Below are positions 1 through 12,452 of a stretch of DNA of 64,000 nt, in pieces. The DNA is from Octopus sinensis. Taxonomy: Eukaryota. Positions within the stretch are counted from its first letter, which is position 1, and every line of letters begins with the position of its first letter. Made by a program: the position numbers and the translations under genes. The notes under the pieces are model-generated. The model worked only from the letters and a program-made list of their open reading frames with translations, was not told the DNA's origin and did not search any database. The DNA is taken from assembly GCF_006345805.1 (NCBI RefSeq), contig NC_042998.1, forward strand, positions 96,596,001 to 96,660,000, in the 5' to 3' direction.

Positions 1-47
1 GTATGTATGTATGTATGTATGTATGTATGTATGTATGTATGTATGTA
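1..47. repeat. (GTAT)n microsatellite
   Basis: Direct tetranucleotide tandem repeat at the window start. Confidence 0.95.
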
Positions 48-349
48 GACACATCCGTGAGGGTACGAATGCGTTCGTGAGAAACTACACACTGGTTTCT
101 ATTGTCCATTGGCTAGATGTTCAGAAACACGTCGTATGTGAATAGCTCCGGTTTTGCTTCTTTGTGTAGACATAGGTAGGAGTCGATGTACTTATATCTA
201 TGTGCATCAGTATGCATGTGTAGGTTTCCATCTGTATAATTGATTAAACCCTGAAATATGTTTGCACACAAAAGAGATGATTGTTGGAACGTCTGAACAA
301 GTAGCCTTTACAATTCTCTGGAGAAATACTAATACATTACTTCGATGAT

Positions 350-510
350 ACGTGTGTATGTGTGTGTGTGCTTGTATGTATATGTGAGAGAGCATGTATC
401 ACTGTATGTGTGTACGTATGTAAGTATATATGTGTGTGTGCGTGTGTGTGTATATGCATATACACTTATATATATATATATATATATATACATTTATATT
501 TGTGTGTGTG

Positions 511-545
<35 letters not shown>

Positions 546-638
546 GAGAGAGATATGTATATATGTATATGTGTGTGTGTGAATGTATGTATATATATAT
601 ATATATATTATATATATACATTTATATTTGTGTGTGTG

Positions 639-673
<35 letters not shown>

Positions 674-713
674 GAGAGAGATATGTATATATGTATATGT
701 GTGTGTGTGAATG

Positions 714-752
<39 letters not shown>

Positions 753-820
753 ATTTTATATGTGTATATATGTATATATATATATATGTATGTATATGTA
801 TATGTGTGTGTGTGTATGTT
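350..820. repeat. Compound (TA)n/(TG)n microsatellite containing a ~128-bp tandem duplication
   Basis: The unit catttatatttgtgtg...ttaaagagagagatatg...gtgaatgtatg starts at 491 and again at 619. Confidence 0.85.
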
Positions 821-1864
821 TATACTGTATACCCATGCATATTTCTTTGTGATTATGAGCATATGTGTGTGTATTATCGACTGTGGTGGTGGTGGTAGTG
901 GTGGCACTTGTTATTCCTGTATTTGTTATGAACTTGCGCATAATAGCCAACACCGATGGCCAAAAAACAGAAGACAGATACAAGACAGAGATGAGTTCAA
1001 ACTCACAACTTAAAATATGAATATCGTGTCGATTCATTAATTATTCATTAATTATATTGTCTTTTTTTTTTCTTCTGTGACTCTCGAGACCAAAACTTCT
1101 TATCCTTCACTTGTTCCATTAATTCTCTTTGTCCCTATCTTTTTCTATTTTCTTCTATCTCTTTCTCTTATTCTCTAAGTTTTCCCGTTTTTTTTTACCT
1201 TCTAATCACTTGGACACATACGTTCTAATTCATTCAGCGCAAATCTCCGTTCAAATTCCCTTCTATCTCTTTTGCAGTTACATTTATGAATTAGTTTTGC
1301 AAGATTCTCGATGTGAAATCGTGTGTTGAAACAGATTTTGCTATATCTCAGGATGGTCATTTTTTCTTTCTTTTTTTCTTGCCAGATAAATACAATCCTT
1401 TTACAACTTCTGTTGAACCTGAAGGACGAAATACAAAGTTAACTTTGGCAGTGTTTGAATTCGTGTGTGTGTGTGTGTACACGTCTCTATTTTGAAATAT
1501 ATATATGTGTGTGCGTTTGCGTGTATATATATATATAATATATATATATATATAAGAAAACAATGTGTACAAGAATTTTTTGCGCAATAATATATAAATA
1601 CACGTGTGTATTCTATTGTACGTTATGAAGCGGTGACGAGTGAAAATCCTGTAAATATAATCATAAGTGTTCACCGTATATAGGCTACATTGGCTATAAA
1701 AATTAGTCTAATATTGGAGCATATAATCCCTCTACGGGAAAATGGGTAAGTACGCGTAGGAAACAAACCACAACTCTTATTTTTGCGGTAAGTGTGCTGA
1801 GCGATTATTTCAAATTACCAACTAATTTCTTTCTGCTAAATTTAGGAGCGACGATTTCATAGTG

Positions 1865-1869
1865 ATGTG

Positions 1870-1901
<32 letters not shown>

Positions 1902-2066
1902 TGTATGTATGTATGTATGTATGTATGTATGTATGTATGTTCGTATGTATGCATGTATGTATTTATGTATCTATGTGTCTACATACATACATACATACAT
2001 ACATACATACATACATACATACATACATACATACATACATACTACATACATACATACATACATATA
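1865..2066. repeat. (TATG)n followed by inverted (CATA)n microsatellite
   Basis: Tandem repeats in opposite orientation, switching near 1980. Confidence 0.9.
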
Positions 2067-2109
2067 CTTGAATGTTTCAGCCAGATTTGGCCCAGGCCAT
2101 GATTAAATA

Positions 2110-3150
2110 GCATATGAACTAACAATTTGCATTTTCCCCCACGAGATCTCAAATTCAGTCATATTTACTTCCAGACGGATTGGTATATATCATGTTGCTC
2201 CAATAACAATAGGTATAAAGCTGAAAGTGTGTCATAGGTACTGGATTTGCAAACTCTTTATCAATGGTCCAAAGTTGTCCTTTTTCTCTTTTCTAAACAC
2301 ATTTGTTTCCAGAGCGCAGCTGATTTCCAAAACAGAGCATATCTTTTCTTTGTGATTCCACACAACAATATCTGGTCGGTTGTGTTTTAACTTGATGGCT
2401 GTTTCAGTTTTTAAGTTCCACCAGTATTCTTTTAAACCGTCAATCTCAATATTATCGACTTCGTAGATATTTTCTGTTTTGTTATCCTGTTCCACACCGT
2501 TCTGGCCACCGCGTTATGCTTCATAGGAAGATAATATCTGGAAGACATTCTCTTGCAGTTGACAATAACTGGGTTGATGTCTTCTGTCTTGGTTTTGCAA
2601 AGCCTACATTTGTTGTCTGTCAATGTTTTCTGCTTGCTGTAGGTATTTTGTGAGGATCTCTTGTTAGACTATATGGATGTAGCCTTCATACTGGGATGTC
2701 ATAAACTTGTCGGTATTCCATGCCAAGCTTTTGACATGATCAATCCCTTCTATGGCTTGTGTTTTACGTACCTACTACCCATGCACTATCTTCTCAGTGA
2801 ACTGGTCCATTTTTTCCGTTTTTCTGACATATAGATTTTTTCCAATGCTCCTTGGGGAGGGGTCTGTATCAGCTCCTATTTCATACCTCTCCTCTATTAC
2901 CTATTCTAATAATGTTGTTGTTTTTGCGGTCACTAACTTGGGGAAAATAGGTACTGGTGTTCTTCCTTTGCTGCAGATGTTGTTTCACAATCAGTGCTTC
3001 ATATGACATCAGTACAGATTTAGGACCACGGCCACTATCCTTGCATGAGAAGTAAAGTGTGTCTATATCTCCATTGATGTTGTAGTTTCCTGTGACACTG
3101 AGCAGCTTGCGAGATCAAACCTCTATTTCACTGAGTTCTTATAGTAACCA
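2110..3150 (-). mobile_element. Degraded R4/Dong-like non-LTR retrotransposon fragment (RT thumb, CCHC knuckle, restriction-like endonuclease)
   Basis: Minus-strand peptides GDIDTLYFSCKDSGRG (RLYxxRxxGGRG-like), CRLCKTKTEDINPVIVNC...KHNAVAR, KHNRPDIVVWNHKEKICSVLEISC (PD...E motif) and FIPIVIG. Several frameshifts. Confidence 0.8.
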
Positions 3151-3196
3151 GTTGTATGCATTATGCATGTATGTATGTAGGTATGTATGTATGTAT

Positions 3197-3803
3197 ACGC
3201 GCAGATTTGTATGTTTTGTTTTATGTATGTCTTCTCATGCATATACTTACATATCTAGACATGCTTGTATATACGTAAATGATAAACTTCTGGAAAGTTT
3301 TGCAGATTTTTACAGTTCCAGCGATGGCTTGGATCTGTAGTCTTCGAATCGACTTTCTCCTTTTTGGTATTGAGAAGCCTAATTTCTCAAGATTGGTATT
3401 TAGGTAGTGTGTTACATATCCCAGGGCACCAATAAGTTAAGGTATAAACCTGAACATGTAATCTGGATAGAGCAACTTCAAATTTCTCAATAGTTCGGCG
3501 TAGGTATTCTCTTCACTGATCTTCAGCTTTGTGTTAACATCCGCTGCACAGCTGATTTTCACAAGTGTACACAGTTTCTCTTCTCTATTCTAAATCCTTA
3601 TATCAGGTCTGTTGTGTTTACATTTTATTGGGGTTTTCACAGGGATATTCCACCAATACTCCTTTTGTATTATGCGTGGCTATGGCTTCCAGCATATTAT
3701 GGGTTCTTATTTCTTTGTTCTCGAAGTTATCCTTTCGACGGATCTCGTTATACAGTATCCTAGCTACATCATGTCTCACCGGTAGATAATACCGTGATGA
3801 CAT
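3197..3803 (-). mobile_element. Second R4/Dong-like 3' fragment from a related but distinct family, 5'-truncated
   Basis: MSSRYYLPVRHDVARILYNEIRR, an RPD motif and the C-terminus IRRLQIQAIAGTVKICKTFQKFII, then a short 3' UTR. (TATG)n lies on both sides. Confidence 0.8.
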
Positions 3804-3854
3804 TTGTATGTATGTATGTATGTATGTATGTATGTATGTATGTATGTATGTATG
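3804..3854. repeat. (TATG)n microsatellite
   Basis: Direct repeat. Confidence 0.95.
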
Positions 3855-3861
3855 CATGATG

Positions 3862-4275
3862 CAAGTGTGGCTGTAAGGTAATAAATTTGTTTTGCTTCCC
3901 AGTCCCACAGTTCCCTGTTCAGCCACTGCGTGTCAATTTGGACAAGTGTTTTCTGCTATAGCCTCGGAACACGCAGTGGCTGAACCTTTTGAGCCTGGAC
4001 AAAATTTTTTGCCACTAACATGCCTGGACGAGATTTTTTTTTTTTTGCCACTCAGATGAATTAAAATTTGTGAGGGGTTTTGGTAGATGGGAACTGAAAG
4101 AAACCCGTAGTTGGTATGTTTACATCCACGTAACATAGCGGTTCGACATAAGAGAGGAATAGGATAAATACCAGTACCAGATTTAAAAAAAAGGTAAATC
4201 CTAGGGTCAATTCGTTCGGCTAAAATTTTTCAAGACAGTGACCCAGCATGATCTCAGTCTAATAACTGAAGCAAG
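3862..4275 (+). mobile_element. tRNA-derived SINE, family A (degraded, with internal insertion)
   Basis: Matches copies at 10027 and 53311 (ggcaagtgtcttctactatagcctcg...ggtagacggaaactgaaagaa...gactgaaacaag). Confidence 0.75.
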
Positions 4276-4295
4276 TTTTAGAGAAACGATATAGT

Positions 4296-4378
<83 letters not shown>

Positions 4379-4394
4379 TGATAGATAGATAGAT
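4296..4394. repeat. (GATA)n microsatellite
   Basis: Direct repeat. Confidence 0.95.
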
Positions 4395-4879
4395 ATCAAC
4401 ACACACATGTGACAGACAAGCGGATATGGATGCGGGTATACACATGTGCGCATGTGCATGTCACCTCCTATACATTGGTTTCTCGTCGACTTTACCAATA
4501 CATGACAGCTCCCATACATTTATCACTGGTTTCACGTCAACTTTACACGATACTTACCCACATGCGCACCGTCACCAAACACCTTCACCAGCCCCACACC
4601 ACCCACCCACACCCACCAACACCCACCAACACCCACCCACACACACACACACATACTTAACTCCAAGAGCTGTATTTCTATTGCAGCAAGTCAAAACATA
4701 TTCTGTTCACACAGTTTGTCTTCTCTTGTGTCCTTGGTCTAAACAGGAAATTGACACTCACTGATTAAAGCAGGCCATTTATTTAAAATTACACAACTAT
4801 TTCAATACCGGATGTGCTTAAAAATAATTACACTCATATACCCATATATACATGATGACATGCTTATATACATGTGTGT

Positions 4880-4974
4880 AGGTATATATATATTATATAC
4901 ATACATATACATTTATATACATACATATTACACGTAAACATCTGTTAATATATGCATATACATATATATGTTTG

Positions 4975-5021
<47 letters not shown>

Positions 5022-5074
5022 GTGTGTATATGTATATATATATATACACATACACATATATGTATATGTATATG

Positions 5075-5147
<73 letters not shown>

Positions 5148-5190
5148 TACATATATACATATACGTTTATGTATATGTATAAATATATTT
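4880..5190. repeat. (TA)n-rich compound microsatellite
   Basis: Direct repeat. Confidence 0.95.
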
Positions 5191-6304
5191 TCATGCATGA
5201 GTGTGTGTAAGTGTGTGTGCGCGCGCACGGGCGTGCATATACACTGTTGATAGGCCAGTTACTCCAGTTTTTGTCTAGAGATAATATCTCTTATGGATGT
5301 GTGCTAAAAGCAAAATACATATTGGAGGAAGGCGTGAAAGTGCTCCAGCGGCGGCTAGCGAGAACTCCGGAAGTATTTCAGCCTTTTGGAGCCTTTTCAG
5401 CCTGCCACATGACCGGACAATTTTTTTTGTCACCAACATGCCTGGACGAGATTTTTTTTTTTTTTGCCACCCAGATGAATAAAAATTTGATACATGTAAT
5501 TGATGCAGTTTTAAATTAAAATAGTTATATACGTGTCATACTTAATGCATGTACACCGTTGCCAGGCCATATACTGCGGTATTCGTCTAGAAATAGCATT
5601 ACTTGTAGACTTGTGGTAAAAACACGATAAATCGGTGGGAAACGAAACGTTGCCTCTGCAGCGACCGTATATCTATATGTGTGTGAGTATGCACGCTGTG
5701 TGGGGGGTGTCCGTGTACGAGTGTGTGTGCGTCAGTGTCTGTTATGTTTGGAGGAGAATGGGTATAAATGTTTCGTAGTTAATACATTTCTTATGCAAAG
5801 AGATTACCAAGAAGGTTCGACGAAAGTTAAATGAATTTGATTTAGGGCAATGATACAAGCAATGGTTATTTCCTTTAACCCCATTTTATTTCTGTATTAT
5901 GAAAATTGTGCTGGCCAAAAATTCTTCATAATTATTTTGTATATGCAAAAACTTTTGGCAGCAAACTTTACTATGCTGATGAGATCTAATAGACCGAAAT
6001 ATAATTTTAGTTGTCCCCACCCCAACAGACTTTCCGCCTAAGCTTGCAAATTAGCTTTCATGGCTTAATTCTTACCTTTTTCGAATTATCTCCCCTTTTC
6101 AACGCTTGCTGCGTGAAGTCTTCCTTTCTCTCACTAAAAGGAAAAGTTCGATGAACGAAGAATATTTTTTATACGCTGAGAACTTCGAACGTTGCTCCTT
6201 TGCTTAGTAATTCTCTCCCTACTTCACTTACCAATTCCACATGTACAAATGTGAGCATGTTCGTGTGTACTGAGTTTCGACGTACTTAAGTATATATATA
6301 TATA

Positions 6305-6452
6305 CTTTTCTGTGTATCTTTCTGTCGAAGAGCGTAGGCTCGAAACGTAAAAGACTTGTTCGATTTCTATTCCTGAGCGCCATACTACTACATTTGTTTG
6401 TTTGTACTCCACCTGCCTTCGTTCTTTGTTTATTTTCGTAAACCTTCCCGTT
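6305..6452 (+). mobile_element. Short TA-flanked repeat (Penelope pLTR/retrozyme-like) with a hammerhead-like motif, copy 1
   Basis: Homologous to inverted copies at 7326-7520 and 23205-23350. Contains tcttt-CTGTCGA-a-gagc-gtag-gctc-GAAAC-GTA-aaaga. The class assignment is inference. Confidence 0.55.
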
Positions 6453-6890
6453 ATATATATATATATAATTTGGCGCGAGTGCGATGATTTGAAAATTTTA
6501 GGTCAGATATTACCTTGGCAGGGTCGGAAATGCCTCGTGAAAATATCTGTTCCGACTTGTGGCTATTTCTTACTGAAGAATCTGAGGGCCTATGGAAGAT
6601 TGGCTTGATTAATTTAATCAGGTTAGTTTACCATTAAACAGCAGATGAAACGGTGCATCGTATAAGAAATTACAGGGTAAATGTTTTTTAAATTTTCTCC
6701 TGTTTACGGAATTGACTTTTATTTGCGGTTGAAGCTTTGGCTGTTATTTCTAGTGGGTGAATGGCTATTATGGCCGTTCCTTGATTGTTGATGTTGAACT
6801 TAAAAATGGTCTATGACTATTTAATTTTTTCCCACTAGGCCGCTGGTGGCAAAAAAATTCTACAAAATTTTTTTTGCCACCCTATATTGA

Positions 6891-6930
<40 letters not shown>

Positions 6931-7325
6931 TGGTCCACGTTGACTGCAGGCACGCTCGTGGCTGACGAGGCCAATGCGGGACAGGTAGGCACGGCCGCAG
7001 TGACTGCCGTTGAAGGTCTGGTCTGAATTTGATGAGTGATGTTGTGGTTCTTTTTCCTGCGCCTTTTGTCACTGATAATGGCCCTGTGACTATTTTCGGA
7101 AGAGGAGACAACATGGTTGATAGTGGGACGTCAAGTGCCATGGTCCTCGGCTACAGTGGACCACTGGCGTTAGTCGATATGACAGCCACCAAGGGTTGTT
7201 TCCAAACAGGCCTTCTATCGCTTCTTTGGTGCTCCTCTGTCACGATGGTCAAGGGAAAGTTTACCGCATGTGTGTGAATGAATATACGTATATGTGTGTG
7301 TATATATATATATATGTATATATAT

Positions 7326-7520
7326 AACGGGAAAGTTTACGAAAATAAACAAAAGACGAAGGCAGGTGGAGTACAAACAAACAAATGTATTAGTATAGCG
7401 CTCAGGAATAGAAATAGAAAAAGTCTTTTACGTTTCGAGCTCTTCGACAGAAAGATACACTGAAAAAAAAACAAGGAGAGAAAAAATGCGTGTAGGAGCT
7501 AGCGATCTATCATGGCGTCC
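7326..7520 (-). mobile_element. Same short TA-flanked repeat, copy 2 (inverted)
   Basis: Reverse complement of 6305-6452 with a 6-bp deletion in the stem-II region. (TA)n lies on both sides. Confidence 0.6.
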
Positions 7521-7523
7521 TAT

Positions 7524-7605
<82 letters not shown>

Positions 7606-7608
<3 letters not shown>

Positions 7609-7758
7609 CTTGTTTCAGTCATTAGACTGCGGCCATGCTCCGGCACTGAACTGAAGAACTTTAGTCGAATGGATCGTCCCCAGATCTTATTACTTTTAAG
7701 CCTGGTACTTATTCTATTCTGGTATTGGGGGACAAATACATACACAAACACACGCACG

Positions 7759-7789
<31 letters not shown>

Positions 7790-7968
7790 ACACACACAAC
7801 TATATATACGACGTGCCTCTTTTAGCTTCCTTCTACCAGATCCATTCACAAGATTTTGGTCGGCCCGAGGCTATAGTAGAAGATACTAACCCAAGGTGCC
7901 ATGCAGTGGGACTGAACCCGGAACCATGTGTTTGGGAAGCAAATATTTTACCACACAACTACGCCTGC
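7606..7968 (-). mobile_element. SINE family A
   Basis: Reverse complement of the family A head and tail, with an internal (CA)n tract. Confidence 0.85.
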
Positions 7969-8007
7969 AGAGGTTTGTGTGTATATTATAGGCACACACT
8001 CACACAA

Positions 8008-8040
<33 letters not shown>

Positions 8041-8994
8041 TATTTCACATATATATATATGAGAAAGAGAGAGGGGAAAAATGTGTAGATACGTGTGCGT
8101 GCGTGTGGGTGTGTACTTTTATTTAACGTATGTGCGCATGTATGTCTGTTGGCATGTAAATGTGTGCGCAAGCACATAGCTACCGTTTCATATTGTGGTA
8201 TTTATATTTATGTTCTATAGTTGAAACTCAAGTACTTTACAACAAGTTAACTTCTCTTACATAACAAACAGAGAAATGCTGCTGCTTCAGCTATAACCAC
8301 AACTACTACGGCTGATGTGTCATGTACTTTGGTTGTTGTTGTTCTTCTTGTTGTATACGTGAGATAGCGTTTGTTATTGCTTCTGCTCTGTTTCTTAAGA
8401 TTTTTCGGTTACTGCTACGCTCTCCAGCTTTGAAGTTGTTAAACAACAGTGAATATCCGATATAAAGGACACTAACAGCAGTTTTTCCTTTTACATGCCA
8501 TAAACTATATTGGACATGGTGTAACCTATAACAATAACCGATGGAAAACAGTCGTATTTCTAATGTAATACGCTGCTGTTATTTAAGAGAAGCTATTTAT
8601 TGGCTAAGCTTCTGCCCAATTTTCCTTTGGTTTCTTCGATTCTCACATGTTTCCGGGAATCTTCTTGTTCCATGTGTTCTGTCCATTCTAGCATCGATAT
8701 GTTATATCCGTTTGTACAATATATATCACGTATCATTGTCTCTATAGCAACGCTCTGTACAAATTCTGTCCACTCATCTTGCTATATTTCCCTATAATTT
8801 CGATGATTCATGAAGATGATCTTTGACTTAGCCTGAAACCGAGAGAAATTTCAATGCCGTTTTACAATTCAACTATTTCCAATTCAGTTTCTGCATCTTT
8901 GCTTTGATACGTTTTTCTATCTATCGGAAACCGTAAATACTAAAGTGTTAATTTATGCATGTCCATTTACATACGTGGATATGTATGAGTGAAT

Positions 8995-9200
8995 TCGCTT
9001 GGCCTGGTGTTTAGCGTGGTCCTGAGATCGTGGTTTCAATTCCTGGAACGAGCGGTGCAGTGTGTGCTTGACCAAAACACGTTGCTCCCATCCACTTAGC
9101 TGTACTCAGCAATAACTAAGTTATCTTTGAGATGAACCGGCGTCCCCTTCAAATGGAATCTTATAATCTTAGTCATTTATACGTCATGGGAACCAGATTA
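8995..9200 (+). mobile_element. Degraded tRNA-derived SINE, family C
   Basis: B-box-like ggtttcaattcc, then gttgctcc...ccacttagctgta as in copies at 24000, 41135 and 62010. Confidence 0.5.
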
Positions 9201-9531
9201 AGCTCTCTCTCTCCTTATTAATTCTAGGGATCGTGTCAGATATTTGTAGGTAAAGTAGTATGCATGTGTGCGTGTGTGAGTGAAGGTGCAGGGTTTAGTG
9301 GATTTGAGGCTGGACTCTCAATCACTATGTTAAAGCATTTCATTTTGTGTTGCTCCAGTCTCCCCGGCTGAAATGAGCCCCAATGATAGTGCCTCTTTCT
9401 CTCTGCTTCCAACTGTTCCACCAACTGAAGAGTGGCAGCAGGAAGCTTATCGATGCTTGCTCGCGACTTCATACGAAAACATGCTACATTTTACCATGGT
9501 ATGTTCGCTCGAAAGTGATGGCTGTGATATT

Positions 9532-9534
<3 letters not shown>

Positions 9535-9583
<49 letters not shown>

Positions 9584-9745
9584 ATATATGGGGGCCTGTA
9601 CCAGAGTATGCGGGTGAGTGTATGTATTTATGTGCTTGTGCATGTATGTATGTATGTATGTATGTATGTATGTATGTATGTATGTATGTATATGTATGTA
9701 TGTATGTATGCATGCATGTATGCATGTATGTATGTATGCATGCGT
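9535..9745. repeat. (TA)n and (TATG)n microsatellites
   Basis: Direct repeats. Confidence 0.9.
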
Positions 9746-10026
9746 GTTTGTATGTCTACGTGCGTGTATATGTGTGTATTCCGGTGTCTTTGTTCCTAAG
9801 AACGAGGCTGATGCACTACTTCAGGAAGGCAGTTTTCAGAGTTAAAACAGCTTGATAGAACTATATATGTATATGCATTCACACATACATACATACATAC
9901 ATACATACATACATACATACATACATACATACATAAAAGCGTGCATGCATACATACATACATACATATATGCACATTCATATACATATACATATATATAT
10001 ATATATAAATCCATACATACATACAT

Positions 10027-10415
10027 AGCTGTGTGGTAAGAAGTTTGTTTCCCAACCACATGGTTCAGAGTTCAGTCCCACTGCGTTGCACTTTGGGCAA
10101 GTGTCTTCTACTATCGCCGACCAAAGTCTTGTGAGTGGATTTGGTAGACGGAAACTGAAAGAAGCCTGTCGTATACATCGGTAAATATTTATGTGCGCGT
10201 CTTTGTATCTGTGTTTTTCCCTTCCATCGCATGACAATCGATGTTGGTGTGTTTACGTTCCCATAAACTCACGTTCGGCAAAAGAGACCGATAGAATTAG
10301 TACTAGGCTTACAATGAATAAGTCCTGGGATCGATTTCTTCGACTAAAAAAACCCCTTCAAGGTGGTGTTCCAGCATGGCCACAGTCAAATGAGTGAAAC
10401 AAAAGAATAAAAGAA
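10027..10415 (+). mobile_element. SINE family A, near full length
   Basis: A-box-like gctgtgtggtaag, B-box-like gttcagtccc, central ttgggcaagtgtcttctactat and tail cagcatggccacagtcaaatga. Confidence 0.9.
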
Positions 10416-10430
10416 TATACATAATATATT

Positions 10431-10500
<70 letters not shown>
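10431..10500. repeat. (GATA)n microsatellite
   Basis: Direct repeat. Confidence 0.95.
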
Positions 10501-11184
10501 TGATACATATATAAAATAGATATAATACATATATAAAATATATATACTATATAAATAAGATAAAATATATATTATACTTAAATACACATGCACATACATA
10601 TATAATACACATACATAGACACACATATGTGTATATGTGTGTCTAAAGATGCATGTGCGAGTCGGACAAAAAATCGCGATGCCAGAACACTCAAGGACAT
10701 GTTCTTAAAATGTCTAACAAATCATTGATTCATTAAACATCTAAGTTCAGTCCTTGGCATGACGACAGTTTTTCCTTTAAAATACTCTTCACACTTAGTC
10801 ACGTAAACTTAGTCCGCTGATGGCCAAAGGGTATAAATAGGATCTTCTCCCAAGGTAAAGTATGTACATATGCATTACATATGTGATGTTTCTATGGTTT
10901 TAAGAGGATTGGGTTTACATTTTATAATCTCATAACACTTCTTGAAATCTAGTTATTGACGTATTTTGGCTTTGATGTAGTGTTTGAAGATGCTATGTTA
11001 GAGTAAAATAAAAATATTCATTATAGGAATATTGTATGTGTGTGAGTGCTTTTGTGAGCGCGAATGTATGCGTGTGGATTTGTGAGAATGTGTATGTAGA
11101 TACATCTATATGTATACAAACATACATACACACACACACACACACACACCAATATATTATATATATTATATATATATTATTCTT

Positions 11185-11395
11185 TTTCCTTTTTCTTGCT
11201 TCAGTCATTTGTCGCGGCCGAGCTGCATCACCATCTTCAGGGGTTTTAATCAAAAAGTCTACCCAGAGGACTTATTCTTTGTAAACGTAGTTCTTATTCT
11301 GTCGGTCTCTTTCGCCGAAACGTTCATTTACAGGGACGTAAACACACCAACATCGCTTGTTAAGCGGCGATAGTGGGGGTACAAACAAAACACAG
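11185..11395 (-). mobile_element. SINE family A, 3' half
   Basis: cttgcttcagtcattt...tcggtctctttcgccgaa...gggacgtaaacacaccaacatcg is the reverse complement of the family A tail. Confidence 0.8.
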
Positions 11396-11477
11396 ACAGA
11401 AGAAACACAAAATATATACATGTATATATACATACATATATATATGATATATATATATATATGTATATATATATATG

Positions 11478-11509
<32 letters not shown>

Positions 11510-11519
11510 TATATTTATG

Positions 11520-11882
11520 AAAATGGATAAATGAATTATCTTGTTACGGATTATTCAAATTATAACCGATACCTGGGTAGCAAAAATCACAACAGAAAAA
11601 TCACGGTTGAGGTTACGACCATGGGGTATCGCAACCGTGCCTTAGTGCGGATAATTGAAGTTTTATATTTAGTGAGGGAAGAAATGGAGCTGAACGAAGA
11701 TTTTACAAAATTCCTTTTTATTATTTTCTACACATGTTTCAAAGGCTGCAAATTCCCTAATTCGGATTGAATAAGGAGACCATTTTGCAGCATTCTCTTC
11801 AGGAAAATCCAGGAACTTAAATCTCCAAACAAATGCGCAGCAAGCTTTTCGAACAAACGCTCCCTAAGAGCCCATGGTATGA
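11520..11882 (-). mobile_element. Possible Penelope-like element 3' fragment (GIY-YIG C-terminus remnant plus UTR)
   Basis: Frameshifted minus-strand peptides LRICLE / FLDFPEENAAKWSP resemble the CxLCxxE...IL...LNK end of PLE endonucleases. (TA)n lies on both sides. Confidence 0.4.
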
Positions 11883-12033
11883 AATATATATATATATATA
11901 TTAATCAGCCGAAATTGCGAAGATGATCTGGTTCTTGACTGATGACTGAGGGCTTCGAATGTCCCGTCCTGTGGTTCTTGTGTCGTCTCTTTGGTGTTTC
12001 ATGTTCTTGTCCATGTCTGTATTTATTTTTTAC

Positions 12034-12305
<272 letters not shown>

Positions 12306-12309
12306 ATAA

Positions 12310-12452
12310 TACGACAGGCTTTTTTCCGTTTCTGTCTACCACCTACCAACTCCACTCAAAAGGCTTTGGTCGGCCCGAGGCTAGAGTAGAAGACACTTGC
12401 CCAAGGTGTCATGTAGGGAGACGGAACCATGTGGTTGGGAAGCAAGCTTCTT
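12310..12452 (-). mobile_element. SINE family A, downstream part, split by the 12453-14456 insertion
   Basis: ggctttggtcggcccgaggct...gacacttgcccaaggtg...ggttgggaagcaagcttctt. The SINE continues at 14457-14496. Confidence 0.85.

Noticed and set aside
345-1037. Long [12 protein letters not shown] ORFs here and at 1862, 4893, 11959, 18855, 21050, 22801, 57696 and 63571
   Set aside because: These are translations of stop-free microsatellites in several frames, with no protein-like content.
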